From positions 1,302,001 to 1,366,000 of the forward strand of contig NEEC01000009.1 of assembly GCA_002189035.1 (NCBI GenBank): a DNA stretch of 64,000 nucleotides. The letters run 5' to 3'. The notes beneath the pieces are model-generated. The model searched no databases. It was not told the origin of the DNA and was given only the letters and a program-made list of their open reading frames with translations. Of the stretch, positions 51,401-64,000 are shown in pieces. Origin of the DNA: Utricularia gibba. Lineage: Eukaryota > Plantae > Magnoliophyta. The translations under genes were made by a program, and so were the position numbers. Every line of letters starts with the position of its first letter. The stretch's first letter is position 1.

Positions 51401-52812
51401 TGATTACAGAAAACTTTTGGGTATGTATACTTCAGAAAGCAATAACTAGAGTTATTGAAATAGCAAACCTCGCTAATATTGGTCTGGGTGTGAATCGGTC
51501 TTCTGGATCACTAAGAAGATGTCAAAAAATTAAAAAAGTTGGAAGGGACACAAAATGATGATATGCACGTTTAAAGGGAGGGTAATTGGCACCTCTGAAC
51601 GCAGACAACAGCCTCAACCATGCCAGTTTTCAGCATTTCTACGGCAATTGTTGTCACTATGCCAGTCCACTGAGCCCCTGCAGAGTAATCATGTGAAATT
51701 GGGCATCAAGTTCATACAAGACCATTTTCACTAGACTTTTGTCTATGAAGAAGCCAGACTACATTGTGGGGCTGGCAACATAGCCCCTAATTTAGTTTTC
51801 TTCTAAACCACCAAAAAACCAAAATTACATGACGTTCAGTCAATCAAGCAGTTAGGATTTATTATAAATTTTGAAATTTAGAAACGGTAAATGCAAGTAC
51901 TTGGAAGCTTTTCTGCATGAAAATAATGCCTTGGCTACAAAATAAACTACCAAGGTAACCAAGTTTCAAGCCTCACCAGCAACAGGATCTTTTTTCCGGG
52001 CATAAATTATGTTATCGTAGACTCCCATATAGGTCTCATCCAAGGAATCTGATTTCCTGCCACGTCCATGGACCTCTTGTTCAAGGTCCTAATTTTGTGT
52101 TTCATCATCAACATAAGATCATGATGTTTAGACCTTAAATCTAATAAATCCAAATTCCGACTTTGTGAAATTGGCCCATTTACTGTGTTAAGCAAAGAAG
52201 GATTTTCAGAAGAATATCTCAGTTTCGAAACCACATTGGACAAAAGCAACTGACACGTCATCTTCCCCAAAAAATGAATTCATCTCTAAACAACTCACCT
52301 CGATTCTCGACATGCCATCCCCCAAAAATGCACAAGCATTCTTCACATGAGCGATGTAATAGGTATCACACAGACCACAGCGGCTGCCAAAGAAAGCATA
52401 AGAGCCATAACTATCTCAATCTCACTACCACACTCGACGAATCAGGACACACAATAGCCAAAAAAGATAGATCTTGCATTCAAAACAAGTGATCATGAGA
52501 ATTACCAGAACATGGGACAGTAAAACAATCGACACAGTTGATTAAGAAAAACACCTGCAGTGGTCTTTGGCAGGATACGTGCCACCGGGAGGAATAGGCT
52601 TGGACTTTTGCCTCCAGTCATCTCTCAGCTTCACCGATCTACTACCTTGATCTTCCGCATAATTACAGAAATTAAACATGAACAAAAAAAACTCAAAAAA
52701 AGTACCAAGTGCTGAAGAGGATGATGAAAGAAGAACCAGGTGCTGAAGATGATGATGAGACGCTGGAAACAGAAAAACGACAAGAGGAGAGCACTCCGAA
52801 GGCCGCAGCCAT
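48468..52812 (-). CDS. HCAR: 7-hydroxymethyl chlorophyll a reductase, chloroplastic, many exons
   Basis: SVKLRDDWRQKSKPIPPGGTYPAKDHC, CGLCDTYYIAHVKNACAFLGDGMSRIE, VHGRGRK, DNGTREGLEKFLKAAS.EPETVLHYEFMQDYK, HIPSYAKKLVSMYNQNGEIDKLL. Confidence 0.95.
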
Positions 52813-53089
52813 GGCAACCACTTTGCAGCCACAGAAAGAGAGAATTCGGATAACATACTGGACATTTCTGCATAAAATAAGACCGTTACGAAAACATGAA
52901 AACATGCCGTTACCATTATTTTATTTCAAATATTATTTTTAATTATCTATTCCAAAAATGTATGTCGCAAATCACAATATTGCATCCACAGCCCAAATGT
53001 TTTTGATTATTGTCTAAATAACCCTATTTGCTTCTGCTTGCTTTCCAGCACGTTTTTCATCGCCGATGTAGCCCAACCGAAAGTTCATG

Positions 53090-53285
53090 TGGCCCAGCCC
53101 GGTTCATCGATTTCGGAAAGCCCAAATGGTAAATGTGCCCCAGACCAGGTAGACACACGACGTAGCCAATATATTCGATGCGAACCAGCCCACACCCTCT
53201 CATTGGCCCAGACTACTTCCTATATTGGGCTAGGACCAAATCCTTTCACTGATCCAGCCCAACTTGTTTTCGGCCCGACCCACAT
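53090..53285. promoter_or_regulatory. Site II-like (GGCCCA/AGCCCA) cluster in the HCAR-5PTase divergent promoter
   Basis: Repeated GCCCA/TGGGC motifs within about 200 bp. Confidence 0.5.
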
Positions 53286-53496
53286 GAATATAAAATATTA
53301 GCAAATGTCTTGTAATTAACTCTTCTTTTTTTTGCCTTTTTAATTGTTTTATAAATACAGTTGTTCCTCATTTAGCATTTTCCCGGTATTCACTCTCTCC
53401 CTCTCACGTCTCTCTGGTTTTCTGAATCAATCATGGCGCTTTTCTTCAAACAAACTCTTCCAATAACTCCTGGAACCACCAACGCGTCACCGGGAA

Positions 53497-56400
53497 ATGG
53501 AGGACCCCGATGCAGCGGCTCTCGAGGGCCTGTCACACTCGCCGCCGCGCCGGAAAGCGCACTCCTATAGCCAGCAACTGGGGAACCCCATCCTTGGCCA
53601 CCCCAGGCGCCAAAAGAACCATAGCCTGGATGAGACTCTAATTTTCGTTGAAAGAAGTAATGACGGGAGCGTCAATGCTTCCGATGATAATGGTGTTCAC
53701 CGTTACTACGGCTCTGATGGAAGTGAAATTGGTGTTTCGTCTGATTATAATGTGGATTGCAGCCATTCGTTTAGGGAGTGTGGCGATGATGAAAATCGAC
53801 ACCAACCATTGCCGGAGTTTGTTGGGAGCGGCGGAGGCGTTGGCGTATTTAAAGCCCCGACTAGGGCAGCTGTGCACCCCAGTCGTCCACCCTGCCTTGA
53901 GCTCAGGCCCCATCCTCTCAGAGAAACTCAGGTGCTTTATGGCCTTTCATCTTCTTTTTCACATTTGGGGTTGTTTGGTGTTCTCAAGAAAAAAATGTCG
54001 ATCATACAAAACTCTTTGTTTCCTAAATAATTCTATTGTTTTCATGCTTGCTTCAATTAGTCTTATAATGTTGGATCCATTTTTTCAAAGCTCGAACCTC
54101 ACCATGATAGAGTTGCTTGGTTGTAATATGGTAATAAAAAATTATAAGTAGGGGAAATAGGCAAAAAATCATAGCCAACATGGTAGCTGCCTTTAGTTAC
54201 TAATGTGAATCATACACTGTCTGTTTTTTTCTTATGAAAGTTGTCCTAAATTTCATCTACTTAAAAGAGTGGAAAAATCAATTGGGATGATTGAGAGTTT
54301 TGTACCACAAAAAATGCCTTGTTTCTCAATTTCACTTCAGGTATTTGTTCCCTTGCAAATTCCTGAACAGGGTGGGAAGCTCTTGAAGACAATTGTCACT
54401 ACAGAATCACAACTATGGGCTGGGCAAGAGTCTGGTGTAAGAGTTTGGAAATACATAGATGCATACGAGGCTGGAATAGGAAACGCTGGAGCGAGAAAGA
54501 CTCGTAGAGGGGATGAGGACACTTCTCCATTTTATGAGTCGGCTAGCACTCCACCAGTTATGTGCATGCTTGTGGACCACGGGACCAACCTTGTTTGGAG
54601 TGGACATAAAGATGGAAAAATCAGATCTTGGAAGATGGACCAACAATTTGCTGATGATACCGCCTTCAAGGAAGGCTTCTCTTTTCAAGCTCATCGTGGT
54701 CCAGTTCTTTCTATGGCCATCTCTTGTTTTGGTAATTTACTTGATTTTCTTGAGTAAATGCTGTTGGTTTCGAAATACATATTTAAAGCCTGTGATTTCT
54801 TGGGTTACAGGTGATATATGGACTGGTTCTGAGGGTGGCGTCATAAGAGTTTGGCAGTGGGAATCCATCGAGAAGTCAGTTTCTCTTTCACCAGAGGAAA
54901 GGCGTATGGCTGCGCTGTTGTTAGAACGATCTGTGATTGACCTGAAAGCTCTGGTCACTGTGAATGGCGTATGCAGTATTTCATCTTCAGATGTCAAGTG
55001 CTTGTTGTCTGACAGCATCAGAGCCAAAGTTTGGGCTGTTTGCTCTCTATCCTTTTCTCTCTGGTAGGTTGTCAGCCTCCATATTATTTAAAAGTACCTT
55101 CACATATGAAACTGAAAAAAAAAATAATGCTTTCAAATAGAGAAAATGACTACCAGCTTTTTTAGTCATTTTTTCCGAAAAGTTTTGGTTTTTGGTATTG
55201 TCAAACAGCTCAACTAATGGTTCATTTTGTAAAATCTCAGGAATGCTAAGACAAGAGAACTCCTAAAGGTGTTTAACATCGAGGGTCAAATGGAAAATCG
55301 TGTTGACATGCCATCATCTCATGATCATGCAGCAGAAGATGAGATAAATGTGAAGTTTGTCTCCAAGTCAAAAAAAGAAAAATCTCAAGGCTTTTTACAG
55401 AGGTCAAGGAATGCTGTAATGGGAGCTGCAGATGCAGTTCGACGAGCAGCTAAAGGGGCAGGTGCTCTTGTTGAAGAAATAAAAAAAACAGAGGCCATTA
55501 TGCTTGCATCAGATGGCATCATTTGGACAGGGTGCTCCAATGGCTTAATAGTGCACTGGGATGGAAATGGAAATCGTTTGTATGATATCAGCCATCATCC
55601 AAGTGCGATTTTATCCTTTTGCAATCACGGATCTAGAGTATGGGTTGGGTATGCAAGTGGACTGATCCAGGTGTTGGATCTTGAGGGAAATGTAACTTCC
55701 AGTTGGGTTGCTCACAATGAGCCGGTTATTAAAATAGCCATTGGAAACTGTTACATTTTCAGTTTGGCAACTCATGGGGTATAAGGGGCTGGTTCATCTC
55801 TTCTCCATCTCCCATTGATAACATCTTGATAAAGGAACTATCTGAAAGATCAGATATGTACACAAGGCAAGAGAATGTGACGATCTTAGTGGGAACATGG
55901 AACGTTGGACAAGGAAGAGCATCACATAACGCTCTCATGTCATGGTTGGGCTCTGCAGTCTCAGGTGTTGATATTGTTGTTGTTGGCCTTGAAGAAGTTG
56001 AAATGGGAGCCGGCTTTCTAGCTATGTCTGCAGCCAAAGAAACTGTAAGCTCACTAAAAACTACATCATACTACACATCCCAAATCTAATTTGCGGCGGA
56101 GTTTGAAACAAATCTTTGTTTACTATCTTCTTGCACTTCACGTACTAAAGGTGGGAATTTGTGTATTTAGGTAGGACTAGAAGGAAGTTCGGTTGGCCAA
56201 TGGTGGCAAGACCATATTGGCAAGGCCTTGGGCGAAGGATCTACTTTTGAGCGACTAGGGTCAAGGCAACTGGCTGCCTTGTTCATTGCAATCTGGTATC
56301 ATCAAACTTTTGTGCACATCACAAGACATGCAAAACGTTGGCTTCGACAATTTCTTTGAACCATTTCTACAGGGTGCGGAAACATCTTAGACCTGATGTT

Positions 56401-58218
56401 GGTGACTTGGATGTAGCTGCAGTGGCATGTGGGCTAGGTCGTGCTATCGGTAATAAGGTATTCAACTCATTATGGTACCTTCCCTTATTCACAACTCATT
56501 ATTTTGCATATTTTTTTGAACCTGATGGTCAGCTAATTTTGTTTTTACATTTCTAGGGAGGTGTAGGTCTAAGACTAAGGGTGTTCGATCGGTTGATGTG
56601 TTTCACGAATTGCCATTTTGCTGCACACTTGGAAGCAGTTAACCGCCGAAATGCTGATTTTGATCACATATTTCGCACAATGGCGTTCGCCCGATCAACC
56701 AGCAACCATTTCAACAATAATCCTGGTATGTTGGTTTTATATTCAGTGGAAGGTGTTAGTGGTGGTGTAGCTGACATATGTGTTATCCAACGTAGCTGGT
56801 GCTTCTCCTGCGAATCCAGCACTTCGGGGAAATAATGTACGAATTTTGTGATGATGGCTTTTCCCCTTGATTTTCTTGTATTGGCACTAAAGTATGTGAG
56901 CTACAACAGGCAACAATTGCTAATCCTGATGAATGGAGACCTGATCTTGCAGAAGCTGATCTCGTTGTATTCAGTGGTGATTTCAATTATCGTCTCTTTG
57001 GCATAACATACGATGAGGCTCGAGACTTAGTATCACAACGAAGCTTCGATTGGCTTCGAGAAAGAGATCAGCTCAAGGCAGAAATGAAAGCTGGTAAAGT
57101 ATTTCAAGGAATGCGTGAAGCAATCATAACTTTCCCTCCTACTTACAAGTTTGACAAGGGAAAACCAGGACTTGGAGGTTAGTTGGCTCCTTGATTCTCA
57201 CGTATAACATTTCTTGTTTAGCTACTGTTTAAATTGTAGAACAAATCCCATGCGCAAGAGAATAAGCATGCTCTTAATGAGTGACGTTTTAGGCTATGAT
57301 TCTGGTGACAAGAAGAGAATACCTGCATGGTGCGACAGAGTACTATATCGTGACAGTCGGACAGCTCCCACAAAGGATGTCAGCTTAGATTGCCCCGTAA
57401 TAGCCGCAATAGTACAGTACGCCCTGATACTTTGTTATCTCCTTCCTGTTGAATTCATCTCTCCGGCCATGTTTGCTTGATGCTGCACACCTTTAATGCA
57501 GATATGATGCATGCATGGATGTCACGGAGAGTGATCACAAACCAGTACGGTGTAAGCTCACAGTTGACATTGCTCGCGCGGATAAATCAGTGAGAAGACA
57601 GGAGTTTGGGAGGATACTCAACTCCAATGATGCAGTCAGATCCAGCCTCGAAGCTTTGTGCTTTGTACCAGAAGTTAGTATCAGCTCAAACAGGATCACA
57701 CTGCAGAAGCAAGACCTCTTCAACTTGAAAATCACCAACATGAGCGGAAGTGAAATGGTCTACTTTCAAATTGTTTGTGAAGGCGTATCCACAATCAAAG
57801 ATGACCAAGCTGAACCAAACTACCGACCCAGAGCCTCTCTCGGCTTCCCACGCTGGATCGAGGTAGTGCTTTTCCATTAAAGCTGAGCTTATTCTGTGCA
57901 ACCATTGAAAATTACATTCTTTTTTTTGTTTTTCTTGGGTTGATTGACTCACAGGTTATCCCAACGGCGGGGATAATCAGGGCAGATCAGGTGGTGGATG
58001 TGTGCATACGCCACGAGGAAGCACACAAGTCGGAGGAGTCGACTGAGGGTGTCCCTCAGAGCTGGTGGTCGGAAGACACGCACGACAAAGAGCTCATCTT
58101 GTCCGTCGTCGTCAGAGGCGCGTGCTCCTCCCGCGCCAAGACGCACCAGGTGCATGTCCGGCAGTGCTTCTCCGATGGTGCCTTTCAGACTGATCAGACA
58201 AGTAAACATAATGTTTAA
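53497..58218 (+). CDS. Inositol polyphosphate 5-phosphatase 12/13-like (WD40 + IPPc), multi-exon, with an apparent -1 frameshift at 55776-55779
   Basis: [104 protein letters not shown]. Confidence 0.93.
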
Positions 58219-58364
58219 GTGATGGCACTGGTACTTGTGTGAACATTTCCTCCTCGAAAAAAGCCGGCTTCACAAAATCGAAATTTAATATGTGCATTTA
58301 ATTATATTATATTTTAAAAATTAGAAGTAAATTTGTAATCATAAATATATTAAAATACAGAAGT

Positions 58365-58562
58365 GCGTGGGCTCGGGTGGTCCAGCCTCCTAGCCCAGTC
58401 CTGTAACGGGCCGTTATTGAGCCACCATGTTTATTTTTGGGCCTAATTGATGGTCTTGAACTGGCCCATTGTGTAATTATATTAACAAAAATGTGTTGGC
58501 CATTTCAACCCAAATCCAATTGAACGTGGGTAGGGCTTGGTGTCTTAGCAAATTAGGCCCGC
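58365..58562 (+). promoter_or_regulatory. Site II element cluster upstream of RRP36
   Basis: TGGGCT, AGCCCA, GGGCC, TTGGGCC, TGGCCCA and GGCCC motifs, as is typical of ribosome-biogenesis gene promoters. Confidence 0.5.
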
Positions 58563-58792
58563 TTTCCTTCGAAGGTTTCAGCTTTCCACGTTCTGTTCTG
58601 AACCTGGAGGCTGTAGAACTCCAGAGTTTCTATAGCAATTCATCTATCTGAGTTAGGTTTTCTCGAGCTTTGAATTTGATTTCCGTGGTTTTAGACCCCC
58701 ACTTAATCATCGGGAAGGCGGCCGGAGGGTAACTACGATTCATCGTCTCTGTCGACATTTGGGGAACATTTCTGTCTGTTTCCGTTCACAAA

Positions 58793-60440
58793 ATGCTGAA
58801 TTTGGAGCCGTCAATCGCAACGTCGAGCAAAGCCGGTTTTGAGGATACTGATATTTCCTCTGAAGAAGTAAAGAGTGCCTTTTGAGTTGTTCGTTCTTGG
58901 TTTTTTGAGTGCCTAACCTATACGTTTGATTGATTATGGACATGCCAGCATATTTAAAAGCTAATTGTTTCGATTTTTCAGGAGAATGAAATTCAACGTC
59001 ATCTTGATGAAGTGACATTTGAAGAGCTCCAGAAAGCTCGGTCTGATGGCTCCGACATGGTTTACCGGAAGCAAAAAGAGGAGAAGAAAAGCAGTCGAGC
59101 AAATAAGAACAGGTAGTTCATATTCATTGAATGTGGCCTTTGTATGTATTTTTCAGTATACATTCGTGATCTTTTAGACCAATGGAGATAAGTTCCAAGA
59201 AGCCCGTCAGCAAATTTAGAGAAGTCATTCAAGTTCCTAAAAAGGTGGGTGCTTTGCCTGTTGTTGCAGTCTTATATAATGCATTGGGGACATCTAGGTA
59301 TCTTGTATTTATCTTTTCAATTTTTTCAGGTGGTGCGGGATCCTCGTTTTGAATCGCTATGTGGTGCATTTGATCCTGATGGGTAATCAGTCGAATGCCC
59401 TCTGCCTTGTTTTTCTTTTTAGTGTCATTTTCAGTGGATGCAGTATAAATTATTTCTATGAGGAATCTTCATTCAACATTCTTGACTTAGGAATGAAGTA
59501 CATTTCATGAAATTGTAGCGTCCTGTTGCAGAGTCATCTGTTCATTCCGTATTGTGTAACTGAGTACAAGCTACAAGTTTCGTGTGATATGCAGTGCCTT
59601 AGACTTATTTAGCTTTCTTTTGGCATCAGGTTCAAGAAAAGGTATAGCTTTATCTATGAGAGCACATTGCCTGCCGAAAAAGAGGTAATTTCAGCGATCT
59701 TTTCTCATAGATTCTATATGTTCTAATTTGGGGTTTGCAACCTACAGGAGCTCAAGAAAAAATTGAAAAAGGTAAAAGATCCTGAGGTGATCAATGAACT
59801 GAAGGGCAAAATCTCGCGAATTGTAAGTTTTTTAAACGTAGCAATCTGATCTCTGAAATTGAAGTCAATCTGAAGGAAGATTCATTTTATCATTTTGAGA
59901 TGCATGTCTGTACTTGTGCACACAGAATAAAGAATTGAAGTCCACAGTCACAAAACGCAGCGAGAAGGATATTTTGGCAGAACACAAGAAGAAAGAGAGG
60001 GAAGCTGCAAAGCAAGGGAAAAAACCTTATTATTTAAAGAAATGTAATCCCCTCTCCTTCCCTTTGAACATGTCATTGTGTCGTGTGTTCCGTGAGGCAT
60101 ATTGCATTACATACTATTCTTCCATTGAATGCAGATGCACCTCTTTATGAACTTTATGCCAACTTGGTAGTGTAGCTTTGTATTGCTGATGAGGACTGAA
60201 TTTTTTTCCCTTGCAGCGGAGCTTCGCAAGCAAAAGCTTGTTGAGAAGTATAACGAACTAAAGGTAAATAAAGTGAAAGTGTGATGAGAAGTTAGTACTT
60301 CTGTTAAATGCATTGTTGGTCACAGTGTGATAACATTGCAGGAATCCGGGAAACTTGAAGCATATGTTGCCAACAAGAGGAGAAAGAACGCCTCAAAGGA
60401 CCATCGTTACATGCCATATAGACGATCCAATGACCAGTAA
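58793..60440 (+). CDS. RRP36: Ribosomal RNA processing protein 36 homolog, multi-exon
   Basis: VTFEELQKARSDG, RANKNR|PMEISSKKPVSKFREVIQ, VRDPRFESLCG, EHKKKEREAAKQGKKPYYLKK, NKRRKNASKDHRYMPYRR. Confidence 0.92.
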
Positions 60441-61276
60441 CAATTTCTGTCCCCGAAACAAAAGCAGCGCTTCATCTTTCTTTCTAGCAATTTTCACTCT
60501 GATGGTAATTCTCCAGTCATGCTTATCTCTAATGAATCCATGCACTTGAGTCATGATCTGCCAATGCCTTCCAATCGTGCTTGTGTTGTTTTTTGTCTCC
60601 TAAATCAGTCATACTATCCAAATTTGACTTAACTGGAAGCTGATGAATGAAAGAGAGAGAGAGCATTCACTTTCAGAGAAGCATACCCTTGTCATTGAGA
60701 TAAGCGCTTGGTTCACTAGGTGCATCCTCATGGGAAGAATGTTCATGCAGAGGACACATACATAATTGCAACTTCCTTGATAAAATGAGACATTTTCCCC
60801 TGCATTTGTCTAGCATTCCCTCGACATATGGCTTCCAAATTTTTTTTAAACGAAGTCGTTTTTTTCTTTTCCATTTTTCGAACTGTGAGCAGTTCAGTTG
60901 ACTAATCATCACTCTTTAGTATAAAAAAAATCTACAATTTATTGGTTCAGGTGCGGCTTGCTCTCTCGGACAAGGAGCCAATAAGGTACTGGATTCATTC
61001 ATCAAAACCCTGGTTCGAAAACATTCGGGGGAACTTTGTGGATGATGTCTGAACTTTAGATACAAAGTCAACGTAATGGATGCAAAGTTAACCGCTGACG
61101 TTGCTTGTGTTCTTGCTTCTGGATGCATTTTATCCTGACATGCTTTATTTAAAAGGAGGCTATGCAAAAGATATTTATGTCGGCACACCAGGCACACGGT
61201 ATATGAACTGGTATCCTGTACCTGTGCAGCACAGGCGATAACTATACAATCGCAGTGACCGGGATGCAACCCAAGA

Positions 61277-62782
61277 TTAAAAACAGCTCTTAGGAGAAGC
61301 GGGCCCCAATGTAGTGCCTTGTATGTTCTCACAGTAGGCCGTGGATGCACCGCTGCCGGTGTAGCTGAGGCTTATTTCTGAGAGATATATGTCGGTGCAG
61401 GGGTTGCTTGGACTGCAGTTGTACGTCATTGCCACTCGTGTGGACGAACTTCCCTTAATGTTTTCGTACTTCACGTTGCTGATTCTGATCCCAGATGTCT
61501 GCTTACCAACAAAACAGACGTTAACAAGGTGCAAAATCATTATGATTTTGTGTGAATTTCATTCTGCACTGTACAGAATGAGTATGAGCAAAATGCTCTA
61601 TTTTCACTACTTTCAGAATGATTCAGGGAAGTCTAGGGAGGTTGGAGAGTTAAGAAAATAAGGTAAAGTACCTGAGTGGGGCAGTTGATGTTGTGTGGAC
61701 AATATTTCTGGTCTATGATTATAGGGTTCTGCACATTTTTCATCGTAAGTATGCTGTACAGAACACCGTTCACGAAACCATTGCTAGGGTTAGCCCATGT
61801 CTTCACTCTCACCCCATTCGTCGTCCCACTGAAACTGCAGTTCACCACTTTCACATCCTGCACCCCAGCCTCGTTCACATTCCTTCCCAAGCTCCCAATG
61901 CTACAAAACCCAAACGCAAATCATCATAAACCCAACAAGGGCGATTAGTTCAGCCGTCAGGACTTTGTGTGTGTGTGTGTGTTGTGTGAGGGATACCTGA
62001 TGCCATGGCCAGGGCCACACTTGATGTTGCTGATGGAAGTGGAGAAGGTTCCAGGGCCGATGGAAATGCAGTCGTCGCCGGTTCCGATCTTGGACGATGA
62101 GATGGAAGTTACACTGGAAGCCTCGACGTGAATTCCGTCGGTGTTGGGGCTGTTGCCTGGCGCCGTAATCTTCAGACCACTCAACGTAGTGCCGGTGCAC
62201 TTATGAATCGATATGTGCATTTGCAGGCTATTTGCCGATGTCAGCCCACTGATCTTACCGTTAACAACCGACTCCAGAGTTAACGACTGCGGCAAAAATG
62301 TCAGTTACTACACTACAGAGAAGGAATTGCATGCATGTTATCGATGAAAGTACCGTTGGTCCGGAGGAGGGGCAGGGGCCGTTGGCTGTCTTGCAGTCCC
62401 AGTATCCCTTCCCCTTGGCGTCCAGTGTCCCACCGTTGATCCAAAGCCCGTTTATGCTCTTGAACATGATCCAGTAGCTCAAGCTCACGACTTGGGTGTA
62501 ATCGGCTGGAGCCACGATCGTTCCCAGTATTTGAACCGTGACGGGAGCTTTGCACGGCCCTCCAAACTGCACGTTTGTCAGCACGTAACTACCATTCGGT
62601 ACTTTCATCGTCGCCGGCGTTGCCGAGGCGCAGGCTTCTTTCCACGCGGCGAGAAACGCCGCCGTCGAGTTGGTTGCGCCATCGCTCTTAGCACCGTAGC
62701 TGATCACGTCGAACACCTGCGGCACCCCTTGTGCATTGGCAGCTGACAAGAGAACAAGGAAGAGACAGCAGGAGGGCTTCAT
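61277..62782 (-). CDS. Secreted polygalacturonase (GH28), 4 exons
   Basis: Signal peptide, FDVISYGAKSDG, APGNSPNTDGIH, GTGDDCISIG, CGPGHGI, NGVRVKTW, NPIIIDQKYCP. Confidence 0.95.
61967..61988. repeat. (GT)n microsatellite in a polygalacturonase intron
   Basis: Seen directly in the sequence. Confidence 0.8.
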
Positions 62783-63550
62783 CCTGCGGGCGTGCCAGAT
62801 AGGTTGGGCACGCCATGCCTTTATCTTTCAGACAAGGATACACACCTGGGCCGGATTCCGGGGGAAGATGAGCTTTCTGAATATAGACGAGTTCGACTGT
62901 AGCATGAAGCTTGAACATCTGGGGTGGGGTTTGGTGGAAACTTTAAGGCAGAATGATGGAATGGCTGACTTTGCACCCGTAATTATTATTTCATGTCAAC
63001 CAATCCATTTGTTGACCGCTAGCAATTTTGATCCATTAAAAAAATGTATTTGATAAAATATTCATGTTAACTTTTGATCTTATTATATAAGAAAGAAAGG
63101 CATTGAGATCATCTTTGAAAATTACGATGTTGAATGTCCTTCAAAATTATGTACAATTTTGAAAGTTACCATACTAAGGGACTTGTGGCATTCGTATCTT
63201 GATATTAGATAATTTATATACTTTTTTGTATATTATTTTAGATTGATGAATTTTAAGACTTCAAAATTCAATTTTTAGATGATTCAAAATCAAATTAATT
63301 CGAATAATTACACTCAAATACAACAAATCAATTAAAAAAGTGATCATGCATGGTGTATCAAAAAAATAATCATCTTATATATAATTTTTTTATCTTAATG
63401 TATCATAACGAAAATAGTAGTGGCTACTTTTGTCCCAAATACAACTTATAGTACTGATGTTTTCAATTTTGTCTGATTTCTCCAAATTTTGAATTTATCT
63501 CAAAATAAAATATTCCCAAAATTGGTTATGAACGGTATATGTTTGTCGTT

Positions 63551-63851
63551 TTACTTTCTGCGGTTACTGTGCTTCGAATGCCTTGGTGAACGTCGGCCGT
63601 GGAGATTACGCTCATCGGGTTCGCCATCTCAACCGCTTCGTTTACATATTCTATGCCGGCGGCTCCTCGACGGCTTTCTGCGGTTATCTTCGGGTGAATC
63701 GCCGTCCCTGCTATGGCTCCGATTCCGGATCACACTTTTGGCCTCCGCGGTCGCCTTCTTCTTTCGAGTGGTTACTTCTTCGCGCGAAAACGAAATCTTC
63801 GTAATCGCTCGGGCATTTGGGGATTGCTTTTCAGAAACCGCACTTCGCCAT
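63551..63851 (-). pseudogene. Possible relic of an Arg/Ser-rich protein gene
   Basis: GC-rich island with one reading frame open for about 95 codons except a single TGA (63629-63631), plus an in-frame 13-bp repeat. Confidence 0.3.
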
Positions 63852-64000
63852 GGTCAAGAGTCGTGATGAGGAATCCGACCGGGTAGATGGGCTGGGCCTA
63901 GGGCTTGGAGTGGGGCCTGGTCAGCCCAATCATTAACGGGCTGGGATAAGGCTTGGATACAATGCTTAGAAGTCTGTTTCATGGTGCTGCGTTGTGAGAT

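Noticed and set aside
60640-60676. Small hairpin around a (GA)n run
   Set aside because: Too short and imperfect for a pre-miRNA.

Overview
This is nuclear DNA from a eudicot plant with a very compact genome: about 23 protein-coding genes plus one clear gene relic in 64 kb, with mostly 70-120 nt introns. In order, the genes are two head-to-head GPI-anchored LTPs, LEA D-34/SMP, a Gly-rich/Lys-Pro-repeat wall protein, DUF3339, a CRAL-TRIO (Sec14-like) protein, DUF868, a 9-lipoxygenase, an STP hexose transporter, a MAKR1-like protein, a small conserved unknown gene, MUTE, a HAD-IIIB acid phosphatase, a collapsed PRP19/MAC3 pseudogene, TML, FolB, RH13, an AMBRA1-like WD40 protein, BAM1, YUC3/7-like, HCAR, 5PTase12/13-like, RRP36 and a polygalacturonase. 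I found no transposase, LTR, rRNA, tRNA or CRISPR array. Eight otherwise intact reading frames break at a short G/C homopolymer that is one base too short, most likely long-read consensus errors rather than real pseudogenes. The main leads are: (1) a secreted protein built from alternating (KPxx)n and Gly-rich blocks; (2) a PRP19/MAC3 gene reduced to about 565 bp; (3) a lipoxygenase with HFVNTH in place of the conserved HWLNTH; (4) an N-terminally truncated MAKR1; (5) several GC-rich intergenic islands with splice-like signals and no recognisable protein. All calls were made by eye, and no database search was run.
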